Assembly: GCA_039818205.1 (NCBI GenBank)
Contig: JBCBUK010000005.1
Location: 1-64,000 of the forward strand
DNA from: Verrucomicrobiota bacterium
GTDB lineage: Bacteria; Verrucomicrobiota; Verrucomicrobiia; Opitutales; Cerasicoccaceae
Length of the DNA: 64,000 bases
Direction of reading: 5' to 3'
Shown here piece after piece: positions 8,557 to 17,960 of this stretch. Under the pieces are notes generated by a model. The model saw nothing but the letters and a program-made list of their open reading frames with translations. It was not told the DNA's origin and ran no database searches. The translations under genes and the position numbers were made by a program. Position 1 is the stretch's first letter. Each line of letters opens with the position of its first letter.

Positions 8557-10212
8557 ATGAAACAGCGATATAACACCCAGCTTGCCTTTACTTGGGTTTT
8601 GCTGGCAACACTTTTTCTAGCCGGATGCGGTGGTGGCGAAAAACAGCCCGACGCAGAAGAAACCGCTCGTGTCCTAGCCGCAGCTAACGAATTGCTTTAC
8701 GAGGGCGAAGTATTCCTCGCGATTGAGAAGCTGGAAGTGCTGGAGATGCAGATGCCCAACAATCCGGAAGTCGTTGAGGCCTTGGCATTTGCTTACGCCA
8801 AGCAGCCCGATCCCGACATGGCTGCGATCTACTTCGACCAGGCCTACAACCTCGATCCAACCAACGTCGACCTCGCGCTCTACGCAGCAACCGCTTACAC
8901 CGAGAGTGAAAACTTTAAGGCTGCGGCTCAGGCCTACCGCAAATATTTACGAGACAACCCCGATGATAGCGTTGCCCTCAAGGCGCTAGCCCGCGCCGAA
9001 ACCGAGCAGAAGCACCATAAAAGCGCCCTGGACGCCTACCTAGAGGCCTTTCGCCAATCACAACAGCAACCCACGCCCGAAGAGGCTGCAACCGTCGGGC
9101 ATCTCTATCACGCACTTGGCAATAGCAGCCAAGCGAGCCGCTGGTACCAGGCTGCGTTGAAGCCCGGTGCCCCCCCAAATGATCGACTGACCGCACACCT
9201 TGGGCTGTTTGACCTCGCCCTGCGCGCCGAAGACTGGGAAGGCGCCTATGCCCTCATGGAACAGATCGAGGCAGAGGCTCCAGGAGAATTTACCGCTGGT
9301 CCTTACGCCTCCGCAGGCGACGAGCTGCGGAAGTGGAAGCAAGCTCAGGAATCCCTGGCCGATACCCGGATCCAAGTGCCCACTTCAGAATCGGTCACGG
9401 AAACGGTTGAGCAAACGACTCAAACTGCTGGCGTTCCTCCCGGACCATTGACTAGCCAGTCACAGAATACTGAAGCCTCAGATTCTGCCGCGTCGAATGA
9501 ACCGGCGACCGGAGACTCCGCGCAATCGATCGGCAATTTGGCCGATATCGGTGATCCGGCGACCGCTAAGGGCTTTAACACGGTCGACCTGACTGCGGAA
9601 TTGCAAGACGGGTCCGTCCCCGAAGTTGATGGTGGATTATCGGTTGACGATGTTACCGTAGAAACTGTGGATGACACGGATCTTGAGACGGCTGAGCCAC
9701 CCCTTGAGGTATCCACGGAAACCATTGTGGTCGACGCGGTTCAGGCCTCCGAAGAGGCAATGACGGCCACCAAGCGAGGCGACATCGCCTACGAGGCCGA
9801 GGATTACGCGTCGGCGATTCGCTACTATCGGCAGGCGATGGCGGATGACACCCGCAATGCCGATCTCGCCTACAACCTTTCCCGTGCTTACTACAACCAC
9901 GGCAAATACAGTGAGGCCGAGCTGTTCGCATCGGAAGCGATGCGACTCGATCCCAACGAGGTTCGCTACACCTTGAATTATTTGCGCGCGATCCAACGTA
10001 CTTTGGGACGCGAGGCATTGATGCGGGAGCTGATCCGGGCCAAGGAACGATTCCCAAACAGCCCAGATGTCACCCTTGCCTTAGGCCGGGCTTACGAGAT
10101 CTTTGAGGGCAACACCCGCAATGCGCGATTCCTCTACGAAGAATTCCTGGCACTGGCACCAACCCATCCCCGAGCCGAAGACATCCGCACGAAGCTCCGC
10201 TCCCTCCCCTAG
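8557..10212 (+). CDS. Tetratricopeptide-repeat lipoprotein
   Basis: Lipobox LAGC; N- and C-terminal TPR blocks separated by an acidic T/S/E/D-rich linker. Confidence 0.85.
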   Translation: MKQRYNTQLAFTWVLLATLFLAGCGGGEKQPDAEETARVLAAANELLYEGEVFLAIEKLEVLEMQMPNNPEVVEALAFAYAKQPDPDMAAIYFDQAYNLDPTNVDLALYAATAYTESENFKAAAQAYRKYLRDNPDDSVALKALARAETEQKHHKSALDAYLEAFRQSQQQPTPEEAATVGHLYHALGNSSQASRWYQAALKPGAPPNDRLTAHLGLFDLALRAEDWEGAYALMEQIEAEAPGEFTAGPYASAGDELRKWKQAQESLADTRIQVPTSESVTETVEQTTQTAGVPPGPLTSQSQNTEASDSAASNEPATGDSAQSIGNLADIGDPATAKGFNTVDLTAELQDGSVPEVDGGLSVDDVTVETVDDTDLETAEPPLEVSTETIVVDAVQASEEAMTATKRGDIAYEAEDYASAIRYYRQAMADDTRNADLAYNLSRAYYNHGKYSEAELFASEAMRLDPNEVRYTLNYLRAIQRTLGREALMRELIRAKERFPNSPDVTLALGRAYEIFEGNTRNARFLYEEFLALAPTHPRAEDIRTKLRSLP

Positions 10213-10830
10213 TTATTTAGGCGTGTAGGGCGAAACTGGTTCTTGTCGCGCAAGCATCCGCTCAACGTATTTTGCGAGGAGGTCAAACTCGAGGTTTACC
10301 TTGTCGCCAGCGGCTCGTTGCTGGAGGTTGGTTACCGTCAAGGTGTGCGGGATCAACCAGACCGCCAGCGAGTCCTCGTTCAGCACCGCAATCGTCAGCG
10401 ACATGCCATCGATCGCGATGCATCCTTTGTAAACGAGGTATTGGCGAAAGGCTTCTGGCGTGGAAACCTGAAGGAAGTGATTTTTACCGATCGCTTCAAA
10501 CTTGAGGATCTCCGCGGTGGCATCCACGTGGCCGGAAACCACATGGCCACCAAAGCGCCCGTTCGCGGGCATGCTCCGCTCAAGGTTGATCAAGCTTCCC
10601 GGCTTAACACCATCCAGCGAGGTCAACCTCACGGTTTCATCTAGAAGGTCGAAACTGAGGTGCTGGCCATCGATCTCAGCGACCGTCAGGCAACATCCGT
10701 TGCAGGCCAGGCTATCGCCAATTTTCAAATCATCGACCACCAGGTCTGCCTTGAGAACCAAGCGCCAACTCGCGGCCGACTCAACGAACGAGACGACTTC
10801 TCCAGTTTCTTCTACAATTCCGGTAAACAT
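10213..10830 (-). CDS. ribE: Riboflavin synthase (alpha chain)
   Basis: MFTGIVEE N-terminus, GDSLACNGCCLTV, GGHVVSGHVD, KGCIAIDGMSLT. Confidence 0.97.
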   Translation of the reverse strand: MFTGIVEETGEVVSFVESAASWRLVLKADLVVDDLKIGDSLACNGCCLTVAEIDGQHLSFDLLDETVRLTSLDGVKPGSLINLERSMPANGRFGGHVVSGHVDATAEILKFEAIGKNHFLQVSTPEAFRQYLVYKGCIAIDGMSLTIAVLNEDSLAVWLIPHTLTVTNLQQRAAGDKVNLEFDLLAKYVERMLARQEPVSPYTPK

Positions 10831-10833
10831 AAT

Positions 10834-11745
10834 TTATTTGCGGCCGCGATGGCGCCCCGATTGACGACGCGCATGCGGACCTCTCAGGGAGTCTCGAACC
10901 TGCGCCAGCTTGCGGGCGGCGGCACTTTGATGAGTCGGTTTCTTGGTCAGCCGGCTCACCCATTCCTCGTTGTCGCCCAAAATCTCATCGAACATTTTGG
11001 GGATCGGGGATTCAGCGCCAAAACGGACCATTTCACCATTATAGAGAAACTTTACCTGAATCTTGGCGGCGTGCAAATACAGCCGCTTGTTTCCGGTGGC
11101 TTCGGTCAACAATCGATTGAAGCGAAACTCGCCATAAACTCGGTCACCCAAAATGGGCATCTTATGTTTGGAACACTGATAACGCAGCTGATGGGTGCGA
11201 CCAGTCAACGGCATCAATTTCATGAGCGAAAGACCGAAATGATAGCGATCGCTGCGTTCCCAGAAATATCCAGTCCGCGCCTCCAATGCGCGGCCAGATC
11301 GCATATGGACCGGGCCACCCGAACCGCGCTTGCTCTTTTCCAACCGATCCACCCATTGCCCATGCATTCCAGGCCGCCCGGTGCCCTTTACCACAGCGTA
11401 GTAGGTCTTTTCGGCGTCATTCGATTGAAAACGTGCACGGATTGTCTCCGCCACCTTGTCGTCAGTTGAGACTAGAATCACACCCGAGGTTGCGGAATCC
11501 AAACGATGCAGCAAGTGGACGACCTCTGGCGCTCCCTCACCTTCTAGCTGATGGTAGCACTCACGCTCAAAATCATAGGGTGCCTTGAACAACGCATGCT
11601 TTTCGCTTTTGGCATCGTCGGGATTGGGATGCGAAAGGACGCCGGGTGGCTTCTCAAGCGCAAGGAGCCCACTGGGGTGGCTGGCAATCAGGCGCACGCC
11701 TTTTCCCCAGGGCAACCATTCACGTTGCGCGCTGCCGTCACTCAT
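10834..11745 (-). CDS. RluA-family RNA pseudouridine synthase
   Basis: KPPGVLSHP, HRLDSATSGV (catalytic Asp), TGRTHQLR, PILGDRVYG, LYLHA. Confidence 0.93.
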   Translation of the reverse strand: MSDGSAQREWLPWGKGVRLIASHPSGLLALEKPPGVLSHPNPDDAKSEKHALFKAPYDFERECYHQLEGEGAPEVVHLLHRLDSATSGVILVSTDDKVAETIRARFQSNDAEKTYYAVVKGTGRPGMHGQWVDRLEKSKRGSGGPVHMRSGRALEARTGYFWERSDRYHFGLSLMKLMPLTGRTHQLRYQCSKHKMPILGDRVYGEFRFNRLLTEATGNKRLYLHAAKIQVKFLYNGEMVRFGAESPIPKMFDEILGDNEEWVSRLTKKPTHQSAAARKLAQVRDSLRGPHARRQSGRHRGRK

Positions 11746-13016
11746 CGATAGTAAAACGTAAACTTAATCGTCTCCTCTTCACCAAGTGTTTTGACCATCT
11801 CTTCCGTCCATACGCCAAACGGTGCGCGGGACTCAATAGCGTTAAGGCACATGGCCGTTCCCGATCGACTCGCCGAAGAAAATAGCACTTCCATCCGGGT
11901 GATTTCGCCCTTCTGGTTAATGTTGTAGCTGATGATGACCCGCGAGCCCATCTCCGACATGATTGTCGATGACTGGCGCGCCAGCAGTTGCCATTGCAAA
12001 TCAACGGCCTCAACCATCCGCTGCAAATAGGCACCGAACTTGTCAAAATTTGCGTCGACCTGCGTCGCGCCCATGCGGCTGGTGGAGCGCGGGTTATTCT
12101 TGAGTGGACCCGATGTCGCGCGGACAAAATTCAAGGTTGGACGAGCCTGCGGGCGCGGTTCCGATGACGGCAATGCTTGAACTTGCTCGGGGAGGGTCAC
12201 CTCTTCCATCACCACTTCCAGCCGATCGCTGGTTGCCTTTTCTGGTTGCGCGGTTTGCTCCGTTGTTTCCTCAACGACTACGGGTGCTTCGCCCACTTTC
12301 TCCGCTGCCAAAAAGCCTTCCTCCTCGGTGGGCGCTTCATCCACCTCGATTGCCTTAATCGCCTCGACACCAGGCGTCTCATCAGAAACGTCGGCATCTA
12401 AGAACTGTGATTCCTCGGCATCGGCCACGACATCTGTTGGATTGTCAACCGGCTCGGCCGCCTCCTCCGCCAGCTGCTGTTCATCTGGTGGCGTCTCGGT
12501 TGGCTCGGCCTGCTCTTGTGATTCACTCGGGGGCTCCGGTGGCGATGGTTCGGAAAGTACTGGTGGTGACGGCGGTGTTGGTTGCGCCGTCAGGTCACCG
12601 GTCACAATTTTCTGGGATTCCAGCAGCTCGCCCTCAACCATGGGTTCATCTGAGTCGCTAAGGGGGTCGGGCTCCTCTTGGGCAGCCACCGCATCTTGAG
12701 CCGCGATCTTGTCGGCGTCCTCCGGCTTTTGTTCGGGCACTAGCGGGTTGGCCTCAATGAACTCCGGACGCACCTCAGGCGGAGGGATGAACTCGACCTC
12801 CAAAGGCGGATTGGGTGGCGGACGCTCCTTTTCGATGACACCAATTTCATCCCAAGGGAAAAGCCAAACCGTTCCCAAGTGGAACAGAATCGTAATTGCC
12901 AGGCCGAGCGGAACGGAGATGTATCGCTGACGATCACCAGCAGAGTCAACGGTCCAATCGGGCCAGTCATTTTGGGGCCGCACGGGCGCGTTTGCGGAAG
13001 ACTCAAGCTGACTCAT
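11742..13016 (-). CDS. Membrane-anchored TonB/TolA-like protein
   Basis: Single N-terminal TM with conserved-type His (ILFHL), long Pro/Glu-rich linker, compact C-terminal domain (AYLQRM..W..V...INQKGEI..AIESRAPF). Confidence 0.6.
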   Translation of the reverse strand: MSQLESSANAPVRPQNDWPDWTVDSAGDRQRYISVPLGLAITILFHLGTVWLFPWDEIGVIEKERPPPNPPLEVEFIPPPEVRPEFIEANPLVPEQKPEDADKIAAQDAVAAQEEPDPLSDSDEPMVEGELLESQKIVTGDLTAQPTPPSPPVLSEPSPPEPPSESQEQAEPTETPPDEQQLAEEAAEPVDNPTDVVADAEESQFLDADVSDETPGVEAIKAIEVDEAPTEEEGFLAAEKVGEAPVVVEETTEQTAQPEKATSDRLEVVMEEVTLPEQVQALPSSEPRPQARPTLNFVRATSGPLKNNPRSTSRMGATQVDANFDKFGAYLQRMVEAVDLQWQLLARQSSTIMSEMGSRVIISYNINQKGEITRMEVLFSSASRSGTAMCLNAIESRAPFGVWTEEMVKTLGEEETIKFTFYYR

Positions 13017-13636
13017 GCCCGCGCCTCCATGCTTTGGTGGACACCGAGCGCCGCGAAACGCTCCTGCAAGAACTCAGTCGGTAAGCCCATCACGTTGTTA
13101 ATGGAGCCATCGACGTGATCGATAATGAGCTCTCGCCCTTCCTGGATTCCGTAGGCACCCGCCTTGTCCAATGGATTAACAATATCGAAATAGGCGCCAA
13201 TCTGCGCAGAATCCAACTCGCGAAATGTGACCTTGCTCGTAACGAAATGAGCTTCGTCGATCCCGCCCGATTGCGCAATCAGGCAAATACCGGTATAAAC
13301 TGTGTGGGTGCGCGCGGAGAGCTTGGCGAGCATTGCTCGGGCCTCATCTAAATCGGCTGGTTTATGGAGCACCTCCTCATCCAATGCCACCGTAGTATCT
13401 GAGCCAAGAATCAGCTGGTCAGGAAACTGTTTTGCGACGTGCTCAGCCTTAATTCGAGCGTTGTGCAAAACGGTCTCACGCGGGCACGAATCCGGTTCCT
13501 CATGCTCTTCGACGTTCGCCGGGCACACGTCAAAACCCACGCCAATGGTGCCGAGCAAAAAGGAGCGTCGTGGAGACGCCGATGCCAGCACAATCTTATC
13601 AAACCGTGGGTTTGTCCCTGTGGGTGAAATTTCCAA
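13013..13636 (-). CDS. maf: Maf-family nucleoside triphosphate pyrophosphatase
   Basis: IVLASASPRR, ILGSDTTV, DKAGAYGIQ, NVMGLP. Confidence 0.95.
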   Translation of the reverse strand: MEISPTGTNPRFDKIVLASASPRRSFLLGTIGVGFDVCPANVEEHEEPDSCPRETVLHNARIKAEHVAKQFPDQLILGSDTTVALDEEVLHKPADLDEARAMLAKLSARTHTVYTGICLIAQSGGIDEAHFVTSKVTFRELDSAQIGAYFDIVNPLDKAGAYGIQEGRELIIDHVDGSINNVMGLPTEFLQERFAALGVHQSMEARA

Positions 13637-13694
13637 AATCCCTGCCTATAACAGTGATTCAACGAGCGAAGGCAAGTAGCGAAGTGCGATTATC

Positions 13695-14408
13695 TCAGGA
13701 TCCATTCGGCGAGTAGCGGTAGCCAAAACCGTGCACGGTGAGCAGGAATTTTGGTTTCGCGGAATCGGCTTCGATTTTCCGCCGCAACTGAGACACGTGT
13801 TGATCCAGTGTCCGCGTGGTTCCCAGGTAGTCAATGCCCCAGGCCGCGTTGAGCAGGAAGTCGCGGCTTAGCGCCCGATCCGCGTTCTCGAGAAAGGTAA
13901 TGAGCAATTTGTACTCGAGCTGGGTAAGCGCGACCTCGGCATCGCCCCGCATCAACTGACGCCGCGCGGTATCGATCTTCACCTCACCGAAGGCGACTAG
14001 TTCGTCTATCGGCGCCGTTGCATCGCTCGATCCAACTTGGCTGCGTCGCAAAGCCGCTGCCACCCGAGCCAACAGTTCCCGAACCCCAAATGGTTTCGTA
14101 ATATAATCATCCGCACCAAGCTCCAGCCCAAGAACCTTGTCAATTTCCTCGCTCTTGGCACTGAGCATAAGCACGGGTACTGCCGAATCTTTCCGCCGAA
14201 TTTCCCGGCAAACATCATAACCGCTAACCCGCGGCATCATAATATCGAGCATGACGAGGTCGGGCTGATGGTCGGCAAACTGGTGAACGGCCTCTTCGCC
14301 GTTAGACGCCTCTACCACGCGATAGCCTTCGCCCTCGAGGCTGTCGACCAAACCGAGACGAATACTGGGATCATCTTCGGCAACAAGTATGACTTTTTCT
14401 TCAGACAT
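13695..14408 (-). CDS. OmpR/PhoB-family response regulator
   Basis: AEDD, LDIMMP, GADDYITKPF receiver motifs; winged helix RTLDQHVSQLRRKIE..TVHGFGY. Confidence 0.96.
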   Translation of the reverse strand: MSEEKVILVAEDDPSIRLGLVDSLEGEGYRVVEASNGEEAVHQFADHQPDLVMLDIMMPRVSGYDVCREIRRKDSAVPVLMLSAKSEEIDKVLGLELGADDYITKPFGVRELLARVAAALRRSQVGSSDATAPIDELVAFGEVKIDTARRQLMRGDAEVALTQLEYKLLITFLENADRALSRDFLLNAAWGIDYLGTTRTLDQHVSQLRRKIEADSAKPKFLLTVHGFGYRYSPNGS

Positions 14409-16800
14409 GATTCGTATCCATGGGTACCGTTAGCGTGAAACAACATCCACTTGGTTGATTCGAAGCCAGGCTCAACTGCCCGTTGAGACCATGGGCCAAC
14501 CGCGCCGCGATACTCAAACCCAATCCACACCCCGGACGATCCGCGGTCAGGCGATCATCGACCCGATGGAAGGCTTCAAAAACCTGGCGACGTTCTGCAG
14601 CCGGGATGCCTGGCCCAAAATCTACCACAGTCAGTCGCCAATCGCGATCAGATTGTTCGAGTCGAATTTCTGCCCGTTTGCCAGACGACGCATACTTGGC
14701 TGCGTTGTCGAGCAGGTTCAGCAAAATTTGCTCCAGGGCATCCTTATCCAGCAGAACCTGGATCGGTTGATCATCCGCGACAAACTCAATATCCAAGCCT
14801 TCGCCGGACAAGCGATCACGCTGCGCATCGATGATGGAAAGCACCGTATCCCGCAAATCAACCTGGTCCTGATTAAAATCCCGACGGCCGCGTTCGAGAC
14901 GGCTAAAATCCAGCACGTTATTGACTAGGCGGGTCAAGCGCTGGGTCTCGTTGAGCATAGTCTGCAGGTATTTCTGCTGCTTGGTCGGCGCAATCTCGCG
15001 GCCATCGTGCAGCATCTCAGCAAACATACGAATGCTGGTGAGCGGCGTCTTCAACTCATGGGAAACGTTCGCGACGAAGGTAGTTTTCCGTTGGGCCTCA
15101 TGCGCATCGCGCTGAGCTTGCCAGAGCATCAAACTGGCACCAAGCAGAATGGTCACCGTCAATCCAGCAACGGCCAAGCCACCGAGCAGCCGCAAGCGAT
15201 TACCAAACGGATTCACCAGGCTTTGCGAGTAGGCACGGATCTGCCAGCCGGGCAGCGATGCCCCAACGGACATCGTCAGCGCGGGTCGTTCATCCCGACT
15301 CTTGGGATAGCGTTCCACCCGGTCACCCGCCACGACCGTTCCTTGCGCGTCGACCAAAACAAAATGGATGGATTCCTGTTGACTGAGGCCAACCGCCTTA
15401 GCGAGCTCAGCAATCAAAGTTTCGCGATTCAACCAAGCACCGAGGTGATCATCAGAGCGAGGGACGTCTGTCCAATACAGCCAATGGTAAATCCCATTGA
15501 TATCGGCCTTCATCCACGCCCGATTTGCGGGTGGCATGAGCGAATTATTATGCCGATGGCCACGCGGCTGGACGAGGCTGTATTTTTCGACCCGCTCTTG
15601 TTGTTCGGACTCAACGGGGAAGGCAATTTCATCTCCAAGAAAGTCATTGGTATACGAATACCCATCAATTCGAGAATCACCCAGATCAACCATGTTTGCG
15701 ACACCCAATTGAGTCTCGCGTTGAGCTGGGCCGGTAAACACCGAATTGGCCCCGGGCCCAGCCACTACTCCGCTCGCCACAGTCTCAAGAACATTGTCGG
15801 ACATCGAGTTCAACCCGGCATCCGAGCTAACCATCCCCGACTGATACTCCCCACCAGACGCCATAAAGGAATCAGAATCGACCCCATCGAATGAACTCCC
15901 CGCAATCGCACCATTGCCAATCACTACCTTCGCCTGCCCACTTACGTAAGCGGTCGAATCCCCCAACTGGCTCGCACCCAGTGTCTCGTTTGCAAATTCG
16001 ACCTTCTCGCTTAGGTCTAATGAAAAATCAGATTTCCGGGAGTCCGCCTGGGGCGCGTCACTACGATAACCAACAATTTCCGTTTCAACCGGTTCCTCTT
16101 CCTCTACGTTAATCGATCGGTTGCTAACAGCGGCCTGCACGTCCTTGTTGAGCTTGTAGACGATCGCACGTTGCTGAATCGCAGCATTGTCGGAGTCTCC
16201 ATAATAAACATTGGAGGCGCGGTTTGCCTCTACAACTGGCGCTGTTTCGGCAACTTCCTCAACGATATCGGTGGGTGCTCGTTTATCCTGCCGACGAGGG
16301 ATGAGCTCGCGCATGCGCGTGGCGCTTTCGTTAAACAAAAGGCTGTAGTCTGCGGACGGCTCTGCCGCGCCTGAGGCGGTTGTTGATTCCGGCTCATCAA
16401 TTTCCCAAGGCAAGCCAATGAACGGTTCATCCGCCGGCTGACCGGCGGACGGATTCGGGAAATCACTGCGTTCGCCATACCAACTGGTCACATTGTCGTC
16501 CCCTCGAAAAAAGAATCCTGCGGCGATGTAGGGATTGTTCGCGACCAACTGAGCCAGACTCAACTTCGGGTCTGGAGTTGCTCGCGCCGCCAGTAGACCC
16601 TCTCCAACGCTCAATTTAATCTCGTCGGCCAGGAGATTCACGTTATCCGCGACGGTGGCCGTACCGGTGGCCAAAGTTCCCGCCGCCAGCTGTTCCACGC
16701 GGTCGGCTTCGCGCCCCAATAACCACCAAGCCCCCGCTCCCATGGCGAGGGTCGCGCCCAGTAATAATAACCAGGCTAACATGATCGGTCTAAATTTCAC
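14401..16800 (-). CDS. Sensor histidine kinase
   Basis: Two TM segments around a ~500-aa extracytoplasmic region; H-box VSHELKTPLTSI, N-box NLLDNAAKY, DFGPGI, GCGLGL. Confidence 0.95.
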   Translation of the reverse strand: MKFRPIMLAWLLLLGATLAMGAGAWWLLGREADRVEQLAAGTLATGTATVADNVNLLADEIKLSVGEGLLAARATPDPKLSLAQLVANNPYIAAGFFFRGDDNVTSWYGERSDFPNPSAGQPADEPFIGLPWEIDEPESTTASGAAEPSADYSLLFNESATRMRELIPRRQDKRAPTDIVEEVAETAPVVEANRASNVYYGDSDNAAIQQRAIVYKLNKDVQAAVSNRSINVEEEEPVETEIVGYRSDAPQADSRKSDFSLDLSEKVEFANETLGASQLGDSTAYVSGQAKVVIGNGAIAGSSFDGVDSDSFMASGGEYQSGMVSSDAGLNSMSDNVLETVASGVVAGPGANSVFTGPAQRETQLGVANMVDLGDSRIDGYSYTNDFLGDEIAFPVESEQQERVEKYSLVQPRGHRHNNSLMPPANRAWMKADINGIYHWLYWTDVPRSDDHLGAWLNRETLIAELAKAVGLSQQESIHFVLVDAQGTVVAGDRVERYPKSRDERPALTMSVGASLPGWQIRAYSQSLVNPFGNRLRLLGGLAVAGLTVTILLGASLMLWQAQRDAHEAQRKTTFVANVSHELKTPLTSIRMFAEMLHDGREIAPTKQQKYLQTMLNETQRLTRLVNNVLDFSRLERGRRDFNQDQVDLRDTVLSIIDAQRDRLSGEGLDIEFVADDQPIQVLLDKDALEQILLNLLDNAAKYASSGKRAEIRLEQSDRDWRLTVVDFGPGIPAAERRQVFEAFHRVDDRLTADRPGCGLGLSIAARLAHGLNGQLSLASNQPSGCCFTLTVPMDTNHV

Positions 16801-16831
16801 TTACTTGGTTGTGGCCACGAGAATGAGCAGA

Positions 16832-17143
16832 CTACCATTCAGATAAACTCGCGCTCGTTTGCAACGTCACATTCGCCTTAGCCTCGTTGTTAGTCGATCG
16901 ATGCATCTCGATTCGATGTTCTCTCGTATCATCAAGCCGTTGATGCAGTTCGGCAGCCTGGAGATCATAGACCAGATCGCTAGACAAACTCGGTGCGTTT
17001 CGGTGATGGTCAATTGGCTCCGGGCGTCTAAAACGCTCTAAGCCTCGACCGATAGAATTGAAAATCCGTGCAGAAAACGTCTCACGCTTTTCGAGTTTCG
17101 CCTGCGATGGGCCAGCGACAATACTTGGGGTGGCAATCATCAT
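16832..17143 (-). CDS. Hypothetical 103-aa protein
   Basis: 4-bp start/stop overlap with the upstream gene; fills the gap in a co-oriented run. Confidence 0.45.
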   Translation of the reverse strand: MMIATPSIVAGPSQAKLEKRETFSARIFNSIGRGLERFRRPEPIDHHRNAPSLSSDLVYDLQAAELHQRLDDTREHRIEMHRSTNNEAKANVTLQTSASLSEW

Positions 17144-17823
17144 CTAGCTGGGCTGGGAGTTCGAGTCTCTGTGCTGCCGCGATCGACTGAGCTCGATTCA
17201 GTTGCAAAGCTAAACTCGGAGAGTTTGGGCGTGTATCGATCCTCATTGGGTTGATAATTGAAATGGCCTCGCATGAAATCTCGAATGATGCCATTGCCTT
17301 GCATCTTGTAGAGTGTAAGTGAGCCATAGACAGCAGTGTCTCCAGCAATTACCGGTTGACCATCGAGACCAACCCGGACTACTCCATCATCTTCGAGGAA
17401 ACGCCGGGGACTGAATCGAAGATCAATATGCATGAGCGTATAACCGTCGATTTGCTCCGATCGATCTTCAAGATGGGAAAGCGGATCGCCCTTTAAAATT
17501 ATATTGCGGGTCTTCAACCCCCGCCGATTCGTTTCGGATTCATCAGAAACCAATTTTAGGTAATCCAGGTGAAAAAGCGGACCCGGAAATTCTGAATGCC
17601 GAGGCCCGATCTGCATCAAACTTTCGGATCCGACTTTCTCCAAATCGACCACAACGACATCGCCTTCTTTGGTTGCGGTATAGGTGCCAAACGTCCAGCC
17701 GGTAAAGGTTAGCTTAAAAGCCATTCGGGTGACGTTCTCGATATCGCCGCTTCCATCCGGGATCTTTGCCTGGGCCGGAATCCAAGCCACAAAGACTAAC
17801 AAGCATGCAAAATGTATTTTCAT
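17140..17823 (-). CDS. Hypothetical exported protein
   Basis: Signal peptide MKIHFACLLVFVAWIPAQA; 227-aa ORF with no family I recognise. Confidence 0.7.
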   Translation of the reverse strand: MKIHFACLLVFVAWIPAQAKIPDGSGDIENVTRMAFKLTFTGWTFGTYTATKEGDVVVVDLEKVGSESLMQIGPRHSEFPGPLFHLDYLKLVSDESETNRRGLKTRNIILKGDPLSHLEDRSEQIDGYTLMHIDLRFSPRRFLEDDGVVRVGLDGQPVIAGDTAVYGSLTLYKMQGNGIIRDFMRGHFNYQPNEDRYTPKLSEFSFATESSSVDRGSTETRTPSPAR

Positions 17824-17960
17824 AAGATTGTACCTGAATCCGTTTCTGTTGCTGAGGTCTGGCGATCGAGTCTGGCGGACGACCGAGAATTACCCGGCCG
17901 CCCACCCTTTACTATGGCTTGCTTGTCCCCTGCTTGCCTGAAACGTTTATCCCTCAAAAT

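Noticed and set aside
10660..15894. Long antisense ORFs such as 10660-11469 and 15007-15894
   Set aside because: They lie opposite clearly identified genes; typical shadow frames in moderately GC-rich DNA.
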